Of a DNA stretch of 64,000 nt, positions 25,909-40,605 are shown piece after piece (within the stretch, counting starts at the first letter, position 1; every line of letters begins with the position of its first letter). Location: the NCBI RefSeq assembly GCF_006345805.1, contig NC_043000.1, positions 141,546,001 to 141,610,000 of the forward strand, in the 5' to 3' direction. The notes beneath the pieces are model-generated. The model saw nothing but the letters and a program-made list of their open reading frames with translations, did no database searches and was not told where the DNA came from. The stretch is from Octopus sinensis. Its lineage: Eukaryota. Made by a program: the position numbers and the translations under genes.

Positions 25909-27467
25909 AATATATCGTGCTTAAAATACAGAACGGTTATAAAACAGCGAAATCTATCCCAGATAAATGTACAATCCCGTTCTAAATATGCAATCAATAG
26001 TGTGAGTTTTACCTAAGATTTGAAAGGTGTCAGTGTTTGTAGAAACTTTGAAATAGTTTTCGTTCCAATAAAGGAGCACAAAATATTTTCGAATGGACTG
26101 TCCCGGAGTTATTGTTAGATTGTCATGTAAGTCTCTAGTTAGCATGTCGATAGCAGTCGTGTGTACGTGTGCATGTGTTTAGGTGCATATATTAGAAAGA
26201 ACACAAACATCCACACACAAACATACATACATACTTGTTTATATATATAGTTGGAATTTACAAATATATATATATATATATATAATCTTATAATATGATA
26301 TATTATATAATAATATAATATAATATAATTAAATGATAGAATATTAAATATCCGTTCTGATTGAACTAGTACTTTCATGCATTAAATTATGCAATCTTCA
26401 GGTTCATGTAATAGTGGTGGCAGTTATGTTTTACAATTTACAATTGTAAAAAAGAGTAAAAAAGAGAGACAGAGACAGGTGGAAACATGGAAAATTCCCC
26501 TTGTATTTGAATACTATGCAAATATTCTGTTTAAAAACTTTTCATTTAATTTTCCCAAAATAAATTGTTTTCCATACTTAGAATTGAAAAAGTCTCAATG
26601 GCTGAAACCGGTAGTAAAAATCTTTTTTATGATAAGATCATTTTAGCATTTTCTACATACTCTTATTTTCCTTGTACATATATACATACATACAAAATTA
26701 ATATAAACAGCAGGTTGCAATGTTTCACCAAAAAGGAAAATTATAATTGTCAATAAGTGTGACTAGGGTGTTGAAAAACACCTACATTGCTCTCTGTGTG
26801 TATGTGTTCGGGTTTTCATACAGATCTGAACACACGCACATATACGTCATTGATAGACATGTATGGAGTCATCCGTATACAGACTTTATCCATTAGATGT
26901 AACACCTTTTTTCTTTCCTCATTTTCAAAAGTTACTTCAGTGATTTTTGTTTCCATGTTGACGGGTCACATTTACGGGCATTCATGCACTTTCAACTCAC
27001 TCAAATATCGGTCACTCGACACACATTTTCTCTTCAAAATCTACAATAGCTGCAACGCACATTATTCCCTTACAAAAGCGTCGAAATATGAAATTCGTTT
27101 CATGTGCATGTTATTTCAGCTGTTAACACAACCGTTAGCAACATTAATTCCATCAGTTTCGGCGGGCTTACAAAAGTCATAGGCATAGCTCCCTACTTCA
27201 GACCAAACTAGTAACGTATGTGGATATATCTCTACGCGCATGCAAACTAATGTTTTTCAAAATGTTGGATAACTGCAGTCACGTTGTGCTTACAGATATA
27301 GAGAAAATTACATTAAAATTTGGCTATGAAAAACAGATGTTTAGTAACAAAGCTGTTACTAAGCAAAGCTGTCACTCGTTAATATGCTAATTTATATGAA
27401 TGGTATGTGTTTACGTCAATAAAATTGAGTTCTATATTTAATATTTTATACAACATGAGCTCCTTAC

Positions 27468-27560
27468 CCTCTTCCTTAATGAGCAGTGATAGTGAAGACA
27501 TATATCGTTTATAGCTGATATTCAGTGAAGAATAGCGGCAAAAATTGCCTATCATGATTT
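27468..27560 (-). CDS. Candidate 93-nt symmetric phase-1 exon (EIMIGNFCRYSSLNISYKRYMSSLSLLIKEEG), unknown gene
   Basis: Acceptor TTATTTACAG and donor AGG|GTAAGG; only the phase-1 frame is open. Confidence 0.4.
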
Positions 27561-28080
27561 CTGTAAATAACTTTATGAAGGTTCTGAATCCACGAAGTAC
27601 GCTGCTGACTTGTTAACACCAAAGGGATATTGAGAATTGTAATGCTAAAAGCAGCCTACAAGACTGCACCATCCTGATAAATATTATTGATTTTAGCCGT
27701 TTAAAGTTACTTTAAGCTGACTTGCTACCAATTATTATGGCAACTAGGAATACTTGAAATGTAAACTGATGGGAACAAAAATAAATAATATCAATGAAAA
27801 CACAGTTCGAAAGTTTGCTCAGTAATGGCTGAACTCCATTAGGAAAAAATATACTCTTTAGATATTGAATGGTTTAGTTTATTGAATAGTTTACTAATTA
27901 CGCTAAGGATGAGATCAGTGCCTAATCTTAAGAAAGTAAGAACTGTTCCTTATGAACGGGAGACGCATAATAAACGTTAGCCTGTTAGCTAACCTAATTC
28001 AATACGCTCTTTCAATCTTTATTTTTAAACAAAGAATATACGTCTTAAAATACATTTTTTTCCTCAAAAAACAAGTAACC

Positions 28081-28311
28081 TATTTCTTTATTACCCACAA
28101 GGGGCTAAACATAGAGGGGACAAACAAGGACAGACATAGGTATTAAGTCGATTACATCGACCCCAGTGCGTAACTGGTGCTTAATTTATCGACCCCAAAA
28201 GGATGAAAGGCTAAGTCGTCCTCGGCGGAATTTGAACTCACAACGTAACGGCAGACGAAATACCGCAAAGCTTTTCGCCCGGCGTGCTAACGCTTCTCCC
28301 AGCTCGCCGCC
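28081..28311 (-). mobile_element. tRNA-derived SINE family B, full length
   Basis: Head GGCGGCGAGCTGG...GAGTTCAAATTCCGCCGAGG and body CCTTTCATCCTTTTGGGGTCGATAAATTAAG. TSD AAAAACAAGTAACC at 28067-28080 and 28316-28329. Confidence 0.92.
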
Positions 28312-29450
28312 TCAGAAAAACAAGTAACCGATTAGTCTACATAATCTAAGCGATATGTATTCAATATTTAGTTCTGCTCTACACTACTAGTGACGAGGAG
28401 AGATGAATGACTACCACAAAATGTCCAATTCCTGTAGCAACCCGTGGCTTAGTAACTGTTTATGAAATAAATATATTTTCTTATACATCCCGAGGTGTTT
28501 TCCTTTTCTTTATATATGCCCCAATCTCTTCCATTCCTCCAGAGATTACTTTTACTTTAAATCAGATTCTATTTTATCTAAAATATTTATAACAACATCC
28601 TGTGGCTAGATTTAACAACTTCCCTTTTCTTATCTCTAAAATAATTCTTGTATATTTTCAAGATCGTATGACTTAGTTTTAATCTTCTTACATATTATTT
28701 CATGCTGGAATACTGACACACTATATCTTTCCATATAATCAGTGATATTTCTGCTCTGAATTTTTAGATCTCGCTGATTTTAATTTATTGTTGAAGTAGG
28801 ATAGATATAACCTTTTGTGTTAAAACAGTGAACAACTTTACAGCATTGGTTTATTATTTAATCATTTGACAATTCACATAGTAAATAAAGACAATGCATA
28901 GAGTTTTCAACTGTTCTTTAATCATTAGCCCTTTATTTAATACCTAAACTTTTGCTGTTTCTTTCAAACCTAATTTTGTCCATTATTATAAAAATTGGAC
29001 TCAAACTTTTATGAGATATCATAATTAACATTCGTTTATTTACAGAATTATTCTTAGTCTGGCAAAAGCGAGAGAAATTCGTAAACAAGAATAAAATGTT
29101 GAGTTCATTAGATTTTAAAAGCTGCTTGAAAACTCTGAAGTATATTGATAAAGTTTCGAGAGAATAGTTTGAGAATTATCCATCTCTGTAGGGAATTATG
29201 GACAGTGTAAAGTCAAGTTATGTTTATTTGTGGGTATATAAATGTGTAAACTTGTGTACACATACGTGTATATATATTTATCTATTTTATATTAAATAAT
29301 GTATATAACATACCACACATTGAGTTCATTCGAAACGAAGTACCACCGATGTCACAAAAAAAAGACTGCTGAACTTATGTCAAGCAGACATGACCTACTA
29401 CAAATTTATAACTTCATATCAATGCTTGCATGTATGTATACGCACACACA

Positions 29451-29484
<34 letters not shown>

Positions 29485-30817
29485 TGCGCGCACCTTAAGG
29501 ATGTGTTGAAATCAGATGAATAAAAGCTTAATTTAAAAGACTGTGGAACATTTCAAAAGAATGTATATTATGTATTCATTTATTCATCTCCGAAATTTGA
29601 CAATCAACTGTCCTGGCGTAAATGCCTTGAAATATACGTATACACATACAATATTAATCATTCTGTCATCATTCTCTTTCAATAATGCGCTATATAATTT
29701 ATAAAATGCTTTCATATGTAAAGATTTCTTCCTTACAATAATTCCTCAATTAAACATTGACTTAATAATCTACCATAAATTGTCAATAGTGTTCCACTCT
29801 GTTGAATCTCTAGGCCAAACCAGCGTTTCGATTTTGGTCTTAGAAAAATGCTTTGACTTACTTGGCAGAAGAATTGGAAGAATAATTATGTTGGTATAGT
29901 GCCAATTTGGGAAACAAAGTGTATAAACGGTTACTTATTTTGTAAAACTGTATCTGTATCGCATAAAAGGCGTTGCTCAAAATTATGACTGGTGAAATTG
30001 TCTCAGCAGATTTTTTGGATTTTATAAGGCAATTCTAATTGCCTTCAGAGAAGGGGCGCAGTATTGATTTATTATAGAGTACAACACAGAGAAAGAAGGC
30101 GAATTAACAGGGTTTCCGGGACTGGTGGGAGGAAGGAGGGAAGTATCACTCGAACCAGAAATGGGTAGAAATTACGGAACAGAGTGATGTGCGTTAAAGG
30201 CAACTGAGGTACCAGGTAAGGCATCAGATTATGTTTAGATATCAAGTGTGTCAAGATAACATTCAAAATTTAAAGAGCACGAACAAATACCTCCAGATTT
30301 GCAGTCTGACGCACTTAATGTTCTAGTTCACCACCAATCAGGTTTAGTACTTTTTTATCTACCCGAAAGAATGAAATGCCAAGCTGACCTCAGCGGAATT
30401 TGTGCTGAGACAGCAAACATGCGGAACAAATATACACTCTTAACAATTATTGTAAATGTAATAGAATATTATACTTTTGAGAGACTATGATCATACGTTC
30501 AAGAGACATATCTATAGAATCACGTTTTCTAAAACACACCAATCGATTTTCTAATTGTAAATATTAACGGCATTCATCATTTATATGCAAATTTGAAAAG
30601 ATCCGATTTGGTGAAATTTTGCAGACACTTCTGTTGATATTATTGAAAATTTCCAAACAACTAATAGACAGATTTAGCTTATTTCCCATATAACAGATTT
30701 TCTAAGCAAAAATATAGCCATGCAATGAAGAAATACAAAGAAACATTCAATTGTTTATCATCACTTAATCGTCAGTAACAATAGATGCTAGCTTACTTCG
30801 TTGCGTTTTGTACATAT

Positions 30818-31040
30818 CTTTTATCTTTTACTTGTTTCAGTTATTTTAATGCAGCTATGGTGGGGCACCACCTTGAAAGGTTTTAGTCGAACAAATTAAC
30901 CCCAGGACATACATTACTTAAAGGCTAGTATTCATTTTATCGGTCTTTTTTTTGTCAAGGAGCTAGATTATGGGGTCGTAAACATACCAACACCAGTTAT
31001 CAAGCGGTGGTAGGGACAAACATGGACACAAACATACACA
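30818..31040 (-). mobile_element. Diverged SINE family A 3' part
   Basis: TTTTACTTGTTTCAG...GGGGCACCACC...CACCAGTTATCAAGCGGTGG. Confidence 0.75.
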
Positions 31041-33647
31041 CACATTGATATTTACTCACACATAAATATTTACTCACTCACACACACATATCGTTGCTAT
31101 TATATTAAACTGTAGTATGTCCAAATTTGGTTAAATGGCATTCTTTTCAGTATTTATATTTGCTTGCAATAGCCGGTTCATTTGGGCAAACTATCGTATC
31201 TCCAGCTGATTCAGATGCCAAACTATCAAAAATAAATTGTCAAAGTGTTGTACAACGGTTTTACTATAGAATGGTGAAACTACTTTTTCGTTTTCTGAAT
31301 TTCCTTACCTGAAAAACACGTAGTCCGTGAGGTCGTCGCAGCAGAACTAGATTCAAAAGGAAAAGCGGGTATATGCACGATACCCATCAAGCACTTCTAT
31401 TTGATGTATTGTAACATGCACTTGAACCATTAACTCGAAACCCTTCTATGCTTAAGTCAAAGGTATTTACCCCGGTTTGATCGAAAGTGAATATATTGTC
31501 TTCAAATACTGGGTGTGAGAACTTGGCTTACATTCCATTAGTTATCACAAAAATAAACCAACTGGAATTCTCTATTAACGTACTACTGGGCCGAATGATT
31601 GTGGTAGTAAATTATTGACTGTGGTAGTAAATAACTGCATGCCGAGTGATTGTGGCATTAAATTATGGATATTCACTCTAGTTCTGTTCTTAAGGTGGAT
31701 GATAAATTAGAACTAATGCCGAGTGGTTTCAGGAGGAGTGAATTTAGTCGATTAAATTCCATATCAGCAACTTTCCTTTGCTATTTGATCCTATATGTGA
31801 GAGCTTAGCCAATAACCTACAACAAATGGTATCTAGGGATATCGTATCTAACTAGTGATGCTTCGTTGGACGGAGAATTTTGTCTACCACCTAAGAACAT
31901 AACGCAATATCTGGATAACTATAATGCTTTATACACTAAATCAACATATTCAGATGTTCAAAGTCAATTTTCTCGAACATAAATCTTTCTCGGTTAATTT
32001 GGATATAATTTTAATTAAACGTTACTCTCCAAATTTTAAACATGTGTAACTCCAAAATAATTGAATATATTTTTATTGAAAATTTGTTCCGTGATTATTT
32101 CATTGTTTCCTTCTCTTAAATTGACATGCCTGTGAATTTTATTCTCCCCAAATCGTTAAATTCTCAGTTTTCCATTATCTAAGTAATTTTGATTCTCTTC
32201 TTCACTGTGGAGAATTAACACGATTAAAACATGCCCGAATTGTTACTCCACCAGAGAATAGATTCACCTCTACTGTATGTGGCTATTAAATCTTCATTAA
32301 CTTTGGAATCTGAGTTATTGCCCTTCACATAATTGATCAGAATTATCTAAGAAAGCTGAAATTTCTTTATTCACTACAACTGTAATTTTAATGAATTGGC
32401 GTTGTTTTAGGTCACTATATGAAATGTCTGTTATCTCTGAATAATTTACGTTCTTAATAACCTACACTGGAAAGGCTAATGGAGATTTTATACTTGTTTG
32501 CCATAGTAAAATAATGAGATTCACATATATGTATATATTTTATCATTGCTTTGTATTTCGATTTGAATGAAATGAATGAATGAAATATTAGAAATGACTG
32601 CTAGGGAGAGAAAACAATGAAGAAGAGAAGAAATAGGGAGCCTGGCGTATTGCATGTATATAGGTATGCATGCATATATGTATGTATGCATGCATATGTG
32701 TATGTATGCATGCATATATGCTCGTATGCATGTACCTCTGCAAACACAAGTGCCTCTGTAGGTATGCAGGGCTCATAAGGATGTTTTTTCCGTTTGGCTT
32801 TGCAAAATTAGTTCCTGATGTATCTGTGTGTTTATAGATGCAATTTTTCTCCCCTTTTTTATGCTTATATCTGTGTTTCTATATGAGTGGATGTGTGTCT
32901 GTCTCCTTGTGTGCGTAGGTGTATATCTATGCATATTTAGTAGTTTGCCGTGAGTGTGATGCGAGCAGGTGTGTCTCTAGTGTTCTTGTATAGCGTAGTA
33001 TATGTGCGTGTATGTGTGTACGTGTAACGTATGCTTATACTGTTTGATAATGCTGAATGTAAGTATATACTTACATTGTATATGTATGTGTATGTAACAG
33101 TGATGTGATAGACCACGTATCGCGTAGATAAGCTACTGCACTGAAGTATTTGTTAACATGTGTACGTATTTCTGCAGGTATACATGCGTGGTTTTGTAGT
33201 TATTTTCTTCAGATTACTCCTGCTGTTTTTCTCTATTTGAATATTTTTATCATTTGCTGTTGTGCATATATGAATTTTTCCCCTTGGGTGTCTATGTGTG
33301 TTGATGTTTAATAGCATAGTGATTTGGACGATTTTGTAAGTGTACGTGAACGTTGACAATGCAGAAAGGTGGAGTGTTTATTTTTTTTTCTGAATTTATG
33401 TAAACGCTGACTTGGGTGTAGTATGTGCTATTATCTTTTACCAAATATATTAATTTCTTATGTTTTCTGGTTGTATGTGTGGCGGCATTGTGACCGTGCA
33501 ACAATAGCAGAGATAAGCTCGCGTTGTGTTGCGTATACGGTGTTTGCATGCATCCATGAAGATGTTTGTAATTATTTCAAAACAACACGCGTGTTTCGTT
33601 TGAATGTTTAATGTACGCGGTTACGGTGAGTATACATATATAGTTAG

Positions 33648-33779
<132 letters not shown>

Positions 33780-34232
33780 TATGTATATATATGTATACAC
33801 ACATACACACATACATATACACATGTATGTGTGTGTGATCATATGAGTTTGTGAAGGCGGGGGTTGCGTCTGAAAGTTAGTGTGTACGTTTGCTTCTTTC
33901 GTAGAATAAACGCACACACACACACGAACACGCACGCACACACACACACACACATTTGTCTTTATGGGACTGCATATAAATGTGCTTAGAAAAAGAATAT
34001 CTGCAAAACAAAAAAAAAATTAAGTATATCGTCTTTAAAATTATTATATTGCTTCTTTATTGCAATAAAGTTTTCTATATTTTCCATTAACAACGGTAAT
34101 CTGAATACATATTCTGATTTTATGGCTGGCAAAAGAAGATGGGTGAGGGAGAGAATAAAAGGGGGATGTCAGATGAAGAAGAGCGGAGGCGAATGAGTAG
34201 GAGTTTATTGTTGTTACATAGCCTCCACATAC

Positions 34233-34273
34233 CTGTACTGTGCAGACCGTTGTCCAGTAGCATCAGACATGTT
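34233..34273 (-). CDS. Candidate 41-nt exon
   Basis: Donor CAG|GTATGT and acceptor TTTTGATAACACAG; two open frames. Confidence 0.2.
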
Positions 34274-36838
34274 CTGTGTTATCAAAATACTTAGAAGAGA
34301 TGTTCCGTACTCCCAAAATATATTGTAGAATGAAATAAGGATAATGTTGCAAAGTGTAAAGATGTCTGTGACTCTAATGGTAAAATGTATACTTTTTACG
34401 GAAGAAAATGCGCATGATGTGGTCCACGTAACTACTTGACCCTATTTTGTGTCTTGCTCCCCTGAATGATTTCAGAACCCAAACGTTATAGGCTTTAATC
34501 CTAATGAGTTATTTGATATAAGTATGATAGCATTATCACGCCGTTATCTCCAATAAATTACTATTTTACGATTCTTAGAAAATTGACCTTAAATTTATAA
34601 TTAAGGATGAAATATTTCTTAATGTTAGAAATAAAATCCAGTTAATTAAAACTAACTGGTGAAAAAAGAAATAACAAAGTAATGAATATATCTCATTGAT
34701 TGCAACAAGTCACTCGAGTATAATTATCACTGAAATAAAGAATACAGTTTACAAGTTATTTTAGACGAGTAGTCATTACTGCGTAGGCTTTATCGGCAAT
34801 TTCTTTACTGTGATCAATCGGTGACAAGCAAAGCAGTCTGTTTTCAGTTAGTCGTTAAAGTGTCACGATGCCTTCAATTAGGATAAGGGCTATAACTACT
34901 TTAAGAAGTATTATTTTCTTGAACACAGAAATACATTCGATAACCTGCCACATACTGTTGATCTGCTATTATACCTCCTAATGAAGTCCTCGTAGATTTA
35001 TGGATTTGCCGCCCTCTTTGATCTAGTTTAACATTTAGAATTGGTACTAATAGATAATGTGCATATGTGGGTTTGCACTTTTCCAATTGGTTAGCGCATC
35101 AGATTAAACGATGGTTGATTGTTTTGTATCCTGTCACTCATTAGAGGTTCATAACTTTTGCTCTATAATCAATGATATTTTATTTTCATTGGTTTAGATC
35201 ACCTGAAATAATGATTCAAAACAGCATTCTACTTCAAAGAATGAAATAACAATAAAATAAAATAAAAAAATCTAATGAGATTATAGAATATATTTTAATA
35301 TCGTGTAATTGGCGAGTCAATTAAGCAAGAATTTTATCCATTACATGTCGCTATATTTCTGTCATTTCATTGGATTTTCAGGTTCCACGTAATGACCTGT
35401 GTCCATCATACATTAAAATAGCAATGTAGAGACAGCAACGGCTAAAGATTCTAAAGAGATGAAATAATGAAACATTAGGAAAAGTTAAATTACATTTATA
35501 ATGATAGGCATCAGCCTGAGGTATAGTGTAACACACTGTTAACCAGAAAGCTTGACAATTAATTTTCTTCTTTTTCTTTTTTCTGTAAATTCAATTTCTG
35601 AAAAACAAGATTTCACTAAAATATATAAAGTGTGAATCCAGATAATAAATATTCTGAAAATGAAACCATTTTCTAATCTAAAAGTCTTTGGAAATTACAT
35701 TTTTCAATTCAAGATATTCTTTCAGAGATTAATTTCTCTGATCTACTATATTTAGATACAGCTCAGTTTCCAATCTTTGTTTATTGAATATGTCTAGACT
35801 TTATCACAAGCTCATCAAATATCTTTAGAAAGTGCAACATATTTAATTTTACTTCATTTGTTGAACACGCCTCTGACTTTTTGCTATCTTTAAGATTTTG
35901 TACTTAACGTTACGGTTATTAGGACAGTGTGTTCAAAGGTAGTTGCAGTAATCGAACGCTGACCGATACGCCGCACGTTCGAAGATTTATTTATGCTCTA
36001 ACATAAATACGCTGAACATAACGACAGAAAATTCCTAGATGGAAAATATAACATTTTGTTTGTAGACAAACAACGTGTAGGCCATAATGTCACTGAACTA
36101 CACATACAAACTACACATAAGATGGCTCTACGCGTACTAAAATCACTGCTCTAAATCATCATTTATTCAGAAAAAAATTAGAACAAGGCTAAAAGCAATT
36201 CGGTAAAATATTTCTTCTATAATTACAATTATACTTCTGGGAATATCACGTTGTATTATGTAATCCCAGGCGAGAGAACGTTCTAGAATTTCTGGGGAAA
36301 TCAACTGATTATAGCCTAAGTATATTTGGTAAATTTATATTTATCTATTTAAAACCATTATGCACTAAACGCAAATTCAGCCTGATTTAAAAGGTGACTT
36401 TTATCGCACAGAGATCGATAAAATGCGTATCAATAGTGTATTCTGATTGGGTGAATCGGCAATACCTTTCTCTACCCATTTGTTACCTTCTACTTAAGCA
36501 AGAAATCAATATTAGAAGTAATGAAATCAGGAAATAATTCGAAGTCGACTAAATTAATATTTCACAGTAAGAAATACGAAATCTGAATATAGATGTGCGC
36601 ATCGAAAATTACATCACATTATACGGAGCACAATAAGACTAATTAAATGTCTGCTGTACTATTTAAGACGGTAAAAATATCTCTTAGGCTATATCTTTTT
36701 CGTCTCCAATAGGTATATAGAGACACGGCGTATCAGTACTTCTGGCTTCATAACTCTGACTGACTGTCTACAAGCACACACACACGCACATGTATCCAAG
36801 CACACACTCAAAAGCATGCCTCCTTCTCTCCTTCCATC

Positions 36839-36922
<84 letters not shown>

Positions 36923-36952
36923 CATACATACATACACACACACACATAAACT

Positions 36953-37175
36953 TGTTACCACTTCAAATATGTCTCAAGCAAATTTGAACCCGTAACAATG
37001 TCATTTACTGTATTTTCACACCAAGTCAGTTCAACCACTAGGGGACTCTGAGAACTGATTCGCTGAGTTTACTCATATCTTTGTAAGGCGAGAAATATTC
37101 TCCATGACAAAATACAGTGAATGGCTTTCTTACAGGTTCGAATATTCCTCAAGCATATTTGAACTAGTAACAATC
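36953..37175. mobile_element. Short imperfect inverted-repeat element related to 58265-59042
   Basis: TTCAAATAT...GAACCCGTAA on the left and TTACAGGTTCGAATATTCCTCAAGCATATTTGAACTAGTAAC on the right. Confidence 0.55.
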
Positions 37176-37216
37176 ATTTATACATATTTCTGCTTAGCAC
37201 TTTCGTGTTACATATG

Positions 37217-37232
37217 ATAATAATAAATAATA

Positions 37233-37263
<31 letters not shown>

Positions 37264-37271
37264 TAATAATA

Positions 37272-37315
<44 letters not shown>

Positions 37316-37330
37316 TAATAATAATAATAA
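37217..37330. repeat. (TAA)n microsatellite
   Basis: Directly visible. Confidence 0.95.
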
Positions 37331-37434
37331 TGCCCTGATGCAGTACCAGGCAGTGGTGCCCTGATGCAGTACCAGGCAGTGATGCCCTGATGCAGAACCA
37401 GGCAGTAATGCCCTGATGCAGTATCAGGCAGTGA
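37331..37434 (+). repeat. Four direct 26-bp repeats TGCCCTGATGCAGTACCAGGCAGTNN, without spacers
   Basis: Units start at 37331, 37357, 37383 and 37409. Confidence 0.95.
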
Positions 37435-37827
37435 CTCCCGTGCCTTCTGATCTTAACTGATTGGAAGTGTTATCATGTACATTGTTTTGTCTTGGTATAA
37501 ATGTTGGGCTACAGCAAATATTCTGCTTAATACCACAGATTTGCTTGTCAGTTGTTTGACCTTAACCAAATGGAAGTTAATATTTGTTGAACCTGAATGA
37601 GGAAAATTCAGAGAAAATACGTAGCTATTGGAACAAACGATTCAGAAATCGAAGTCTACAGATTGTTTATTTTATGAAATACATATTTTGTATTTATTTA
37701 AAATTAATTTGAATATTTGCATATCCACAAAATATCAGCAATGAAATGAGTACAAATATGAATTTGGAACGGTAGTGTGATGTGAAACCCAATTTTAATA
37801 TGAAAAGTAAAAAATGCACTTTGTTTA

Positions 37828-37843
37828 TGTATATGTATGTATG

Positions 37844-37898
<55 letters not shown>

Positions 37899-37962
37899 GT
37901 ATGTATGCATGTATGTATGTATGTATGTATGTATGTATCTATGTATGTATGTATGTATGTAT
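37828..37962. repeat. (ATGT)n microsatellite
   Basis: Directly visible. Confidence 0.95.
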
Positions 37963-39229
37963 GTTTACGCACTCACGCACGCCTGCACATATGTAGGAGC
38001 ATTCGCCCAAATTTCAATACTTTTCTTAGAATTAGATAATATATAAATTTTAGGAATATCATTGTAAGGATTTATTTATATTTGGTTCACCTATTATAAT
38101 GTCTGAAATTTTCAAATTTTACAAATTTTACAAATTATAAATAAACAAACCAGAATTACCAAAAAACGAAATCTAGAAAATTTGACGTTGGATTTCGAAG
38201 GTTTTTTTTTTTTTTTAGCAATAAACATACATTTCATAAATGTTCTATTCACAAGATTACGCGTGTTCTTCCAGAAAGATAACATGCTCGTCGCTATTAC
38301 TAAAGAATTAGAAAATAGCTATTATTTATTTATTTGTCTCACTTAAGCGGCGTTGTTGTAAACAATATATATACTTGTCCTTGATGGTATGACGATGAAT
38401 GCGCAAAGTATGGAAGATATAAAATCTAGTACTGAGCAAAATTACCATTGCTTCTGTCCCACATGGGTCGATTAAGTAAGTACGGTCAAATCGTTCGATA
38501 TATCTATTCAACAATAGTCTGCCGTAAAATTTGTGGCCATGAGTCTATCTTAGAAATCAATACTATTACCATTAACATAAAAGAAGTTATAACTTACAAA
38601 TATTTATTGTTGAAAGCTATAAGTATAGATCATACGCCCACACCTATACATAGAATCTAATTGAAAATAGATTTCATTTAAAAAATAATTTGTTCTTATC
38701 ATTTTAACATTACAATGAGGTGTTTTAAAAAAATTAGTCGAGATTGAATTTTGATATATTTCTATTTACATATATGTACAGATTTTTAAAAAAATCAGTA
38801 GATAACCTGAAAATATATATAACAAATAAACTGAAAATATATTTCATTTAAATAAATGTTATCATTTCAAAAAGAAAAAGAAGGTAAAGAAAAGAAAAAC
38901 AAAATTCACTACGTCTCAATATATTTTCTATGTTATTTTTTTTATTACGAATATTTTCTTGAGTCAATATACTTTCAAAGAATGTGTTATACTTTCGATA
39001 AAATGTGCAGGATCTCATAACTATGATGACAATGAGAAAACCAAAGCCTTGAAATCATTATCAATCTTTTTCTTGTAAAAATTAATAAAAATGTAGTATA
39101 CAAGATTGTACTGTGTAATCTTTCGGTTTAATAATAAATTGTTTTCATATAGAACTAGATATAAACGAAAACATTGATATAACTGTATGCGGATGTCTTG
39201 TGCGTGTGTATGTGTGTGTGTGTGTGTCC

Positions 39230-39520
39230 ATCATCTCCGCTCACTATTCTTTTGTGTGTTTTGGAGGTATAATCCTCAAGCACCTCCTCCATAGGGCCAT
39301 ATGAGAAGCAGCCGTCATTAGAATTTTCTACTGGATTCCCTTGCGCGACCAAGTGTGACTAATCTATTTTTAGGTGTCCTACTGACTGACTCAGGCTGAA
39401 TGTCACTTTCCTGTGACATTCTACTAACATGTCCATGGTACCGGAGCTGTGATATATCAATGCGGAGAAGAAGCAGCTCAACCTGCAGAGACTCCTTGAT
39501 CTGCAAGCTACATATCTTGT
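39230..39520 (-). mobile_element. RTE-clade LINE 3' ORF relic
   Basis: Translation LLLRIDISQLRYHGHVSRMSQE resembles the post-RT motif QLRW.GHV.RM of RTE LINEs. Confidence 0.7.
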
Positions 39521-40145
39521 CGAGTAAAGTTACTCATGAGATAGACAGACAGACAAACATATAAAAAATTAGACAGATAGATATATCGATATATGTATAT
39601 ATTTACGTGTATCAATATGTGTATATGTATATATGTACATGCACGTACATGTGGATAGACATCTAGTTTACATTGATAATGCTGCTGTTAATATTTTGCT
39701 TATTTCTTTCCCATATCAGACTGGGCTAAATCGAAAAGTCGAGTGTCTAATGATGCTTGTATGGTGCTCCGGAGATGTTTTGTGTCATGACTCTAGAATT
39801 GAAGATGGCAGTTAGTTATTGGACACAGTGCAACAATTTTCTCTGGCCCACTTATCACTTAACCGTCAGTGGCAATTAATATTTAGTATATTTAAGCTTG
39901 ATATATAATGCAGTCTGTGATGAGGCAAAATATACACTTATTACTTAATATAGCGTGTAAATTCCACAATGAAGTGCATCCCTAGCATAATCCCCATACA
40001 GTTTCGTTGTTATCACAGTGTGACAGTGTTACACTTTTGAATCACAGGTACAAGTTGTCGGACAGGATTCTGTATAATTCCCGTTATCCCAATTTCACCT
40101 ACAACATATTCTTATTGATTTATTATTATTGTTGTTGTAGTTGCT

Positions 40146-40605
40146 GCAGTCTTCTTCTTCTTCCAATCAGGACTCACGCCATTATCCACAAAGAATAATC
40201 TCTAAGCTACTAAGAGTGCGTGTGGCAACTTGAAGATCCACCCACTAAACGCGATAGACTGGCGGTTGCACGGGCGCGAAAGCTACGTTGTTACTCTCAT
40301 TCTGTAAACGGTAGCTTTTAACGAGTGGAGAGATAAACCATCTTGGGATACACAGGATTCGCAATTTAGACTAGTGTCTGAAGTTTACCACACCATAGTG
40401 GGTTACACCATGGTTCCTCTGCTTTGTGTCAGAAGTAGGAAGAAATAGTGAGAGAAAGTTGTGGTGAAAGGGTACAGCGGGGTTCACCCCCATTGCCGGG
40501 TCCTCGTGGAGCTCAGGTGTTTTTGCCCAATAAACACTCACAATGCCTGGTCAGGGAATCAAAACCGTGAGTCCGCTGCCCTAACCACTGGGCAATTGCT
40601 CCTCC
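40146..40605 (-). mobile_element. tRNA-Arg-head SINE, variant C3 with an (AAG)n tail
   Basis: Shares head and body with the 41420 copy, but has a distinct 3' half that also occurs at 42306-42845. Confidence 0.8.

Noticed and set aside
26787-27182. 131-aa ORF
   Set aside because: It starts at TTG, has no recognisable domain and no splice support.
31588-31730. Three degenerate GCCGA.TG...TGTGG repeats
   Set aside because: Short decayed minisatellite with no further structure.
37331-37434. CRISPR-like array
   Set aside because: The 26-bp units are contiguous with no spacers, the context is eukaryotic and no cas genes are present.
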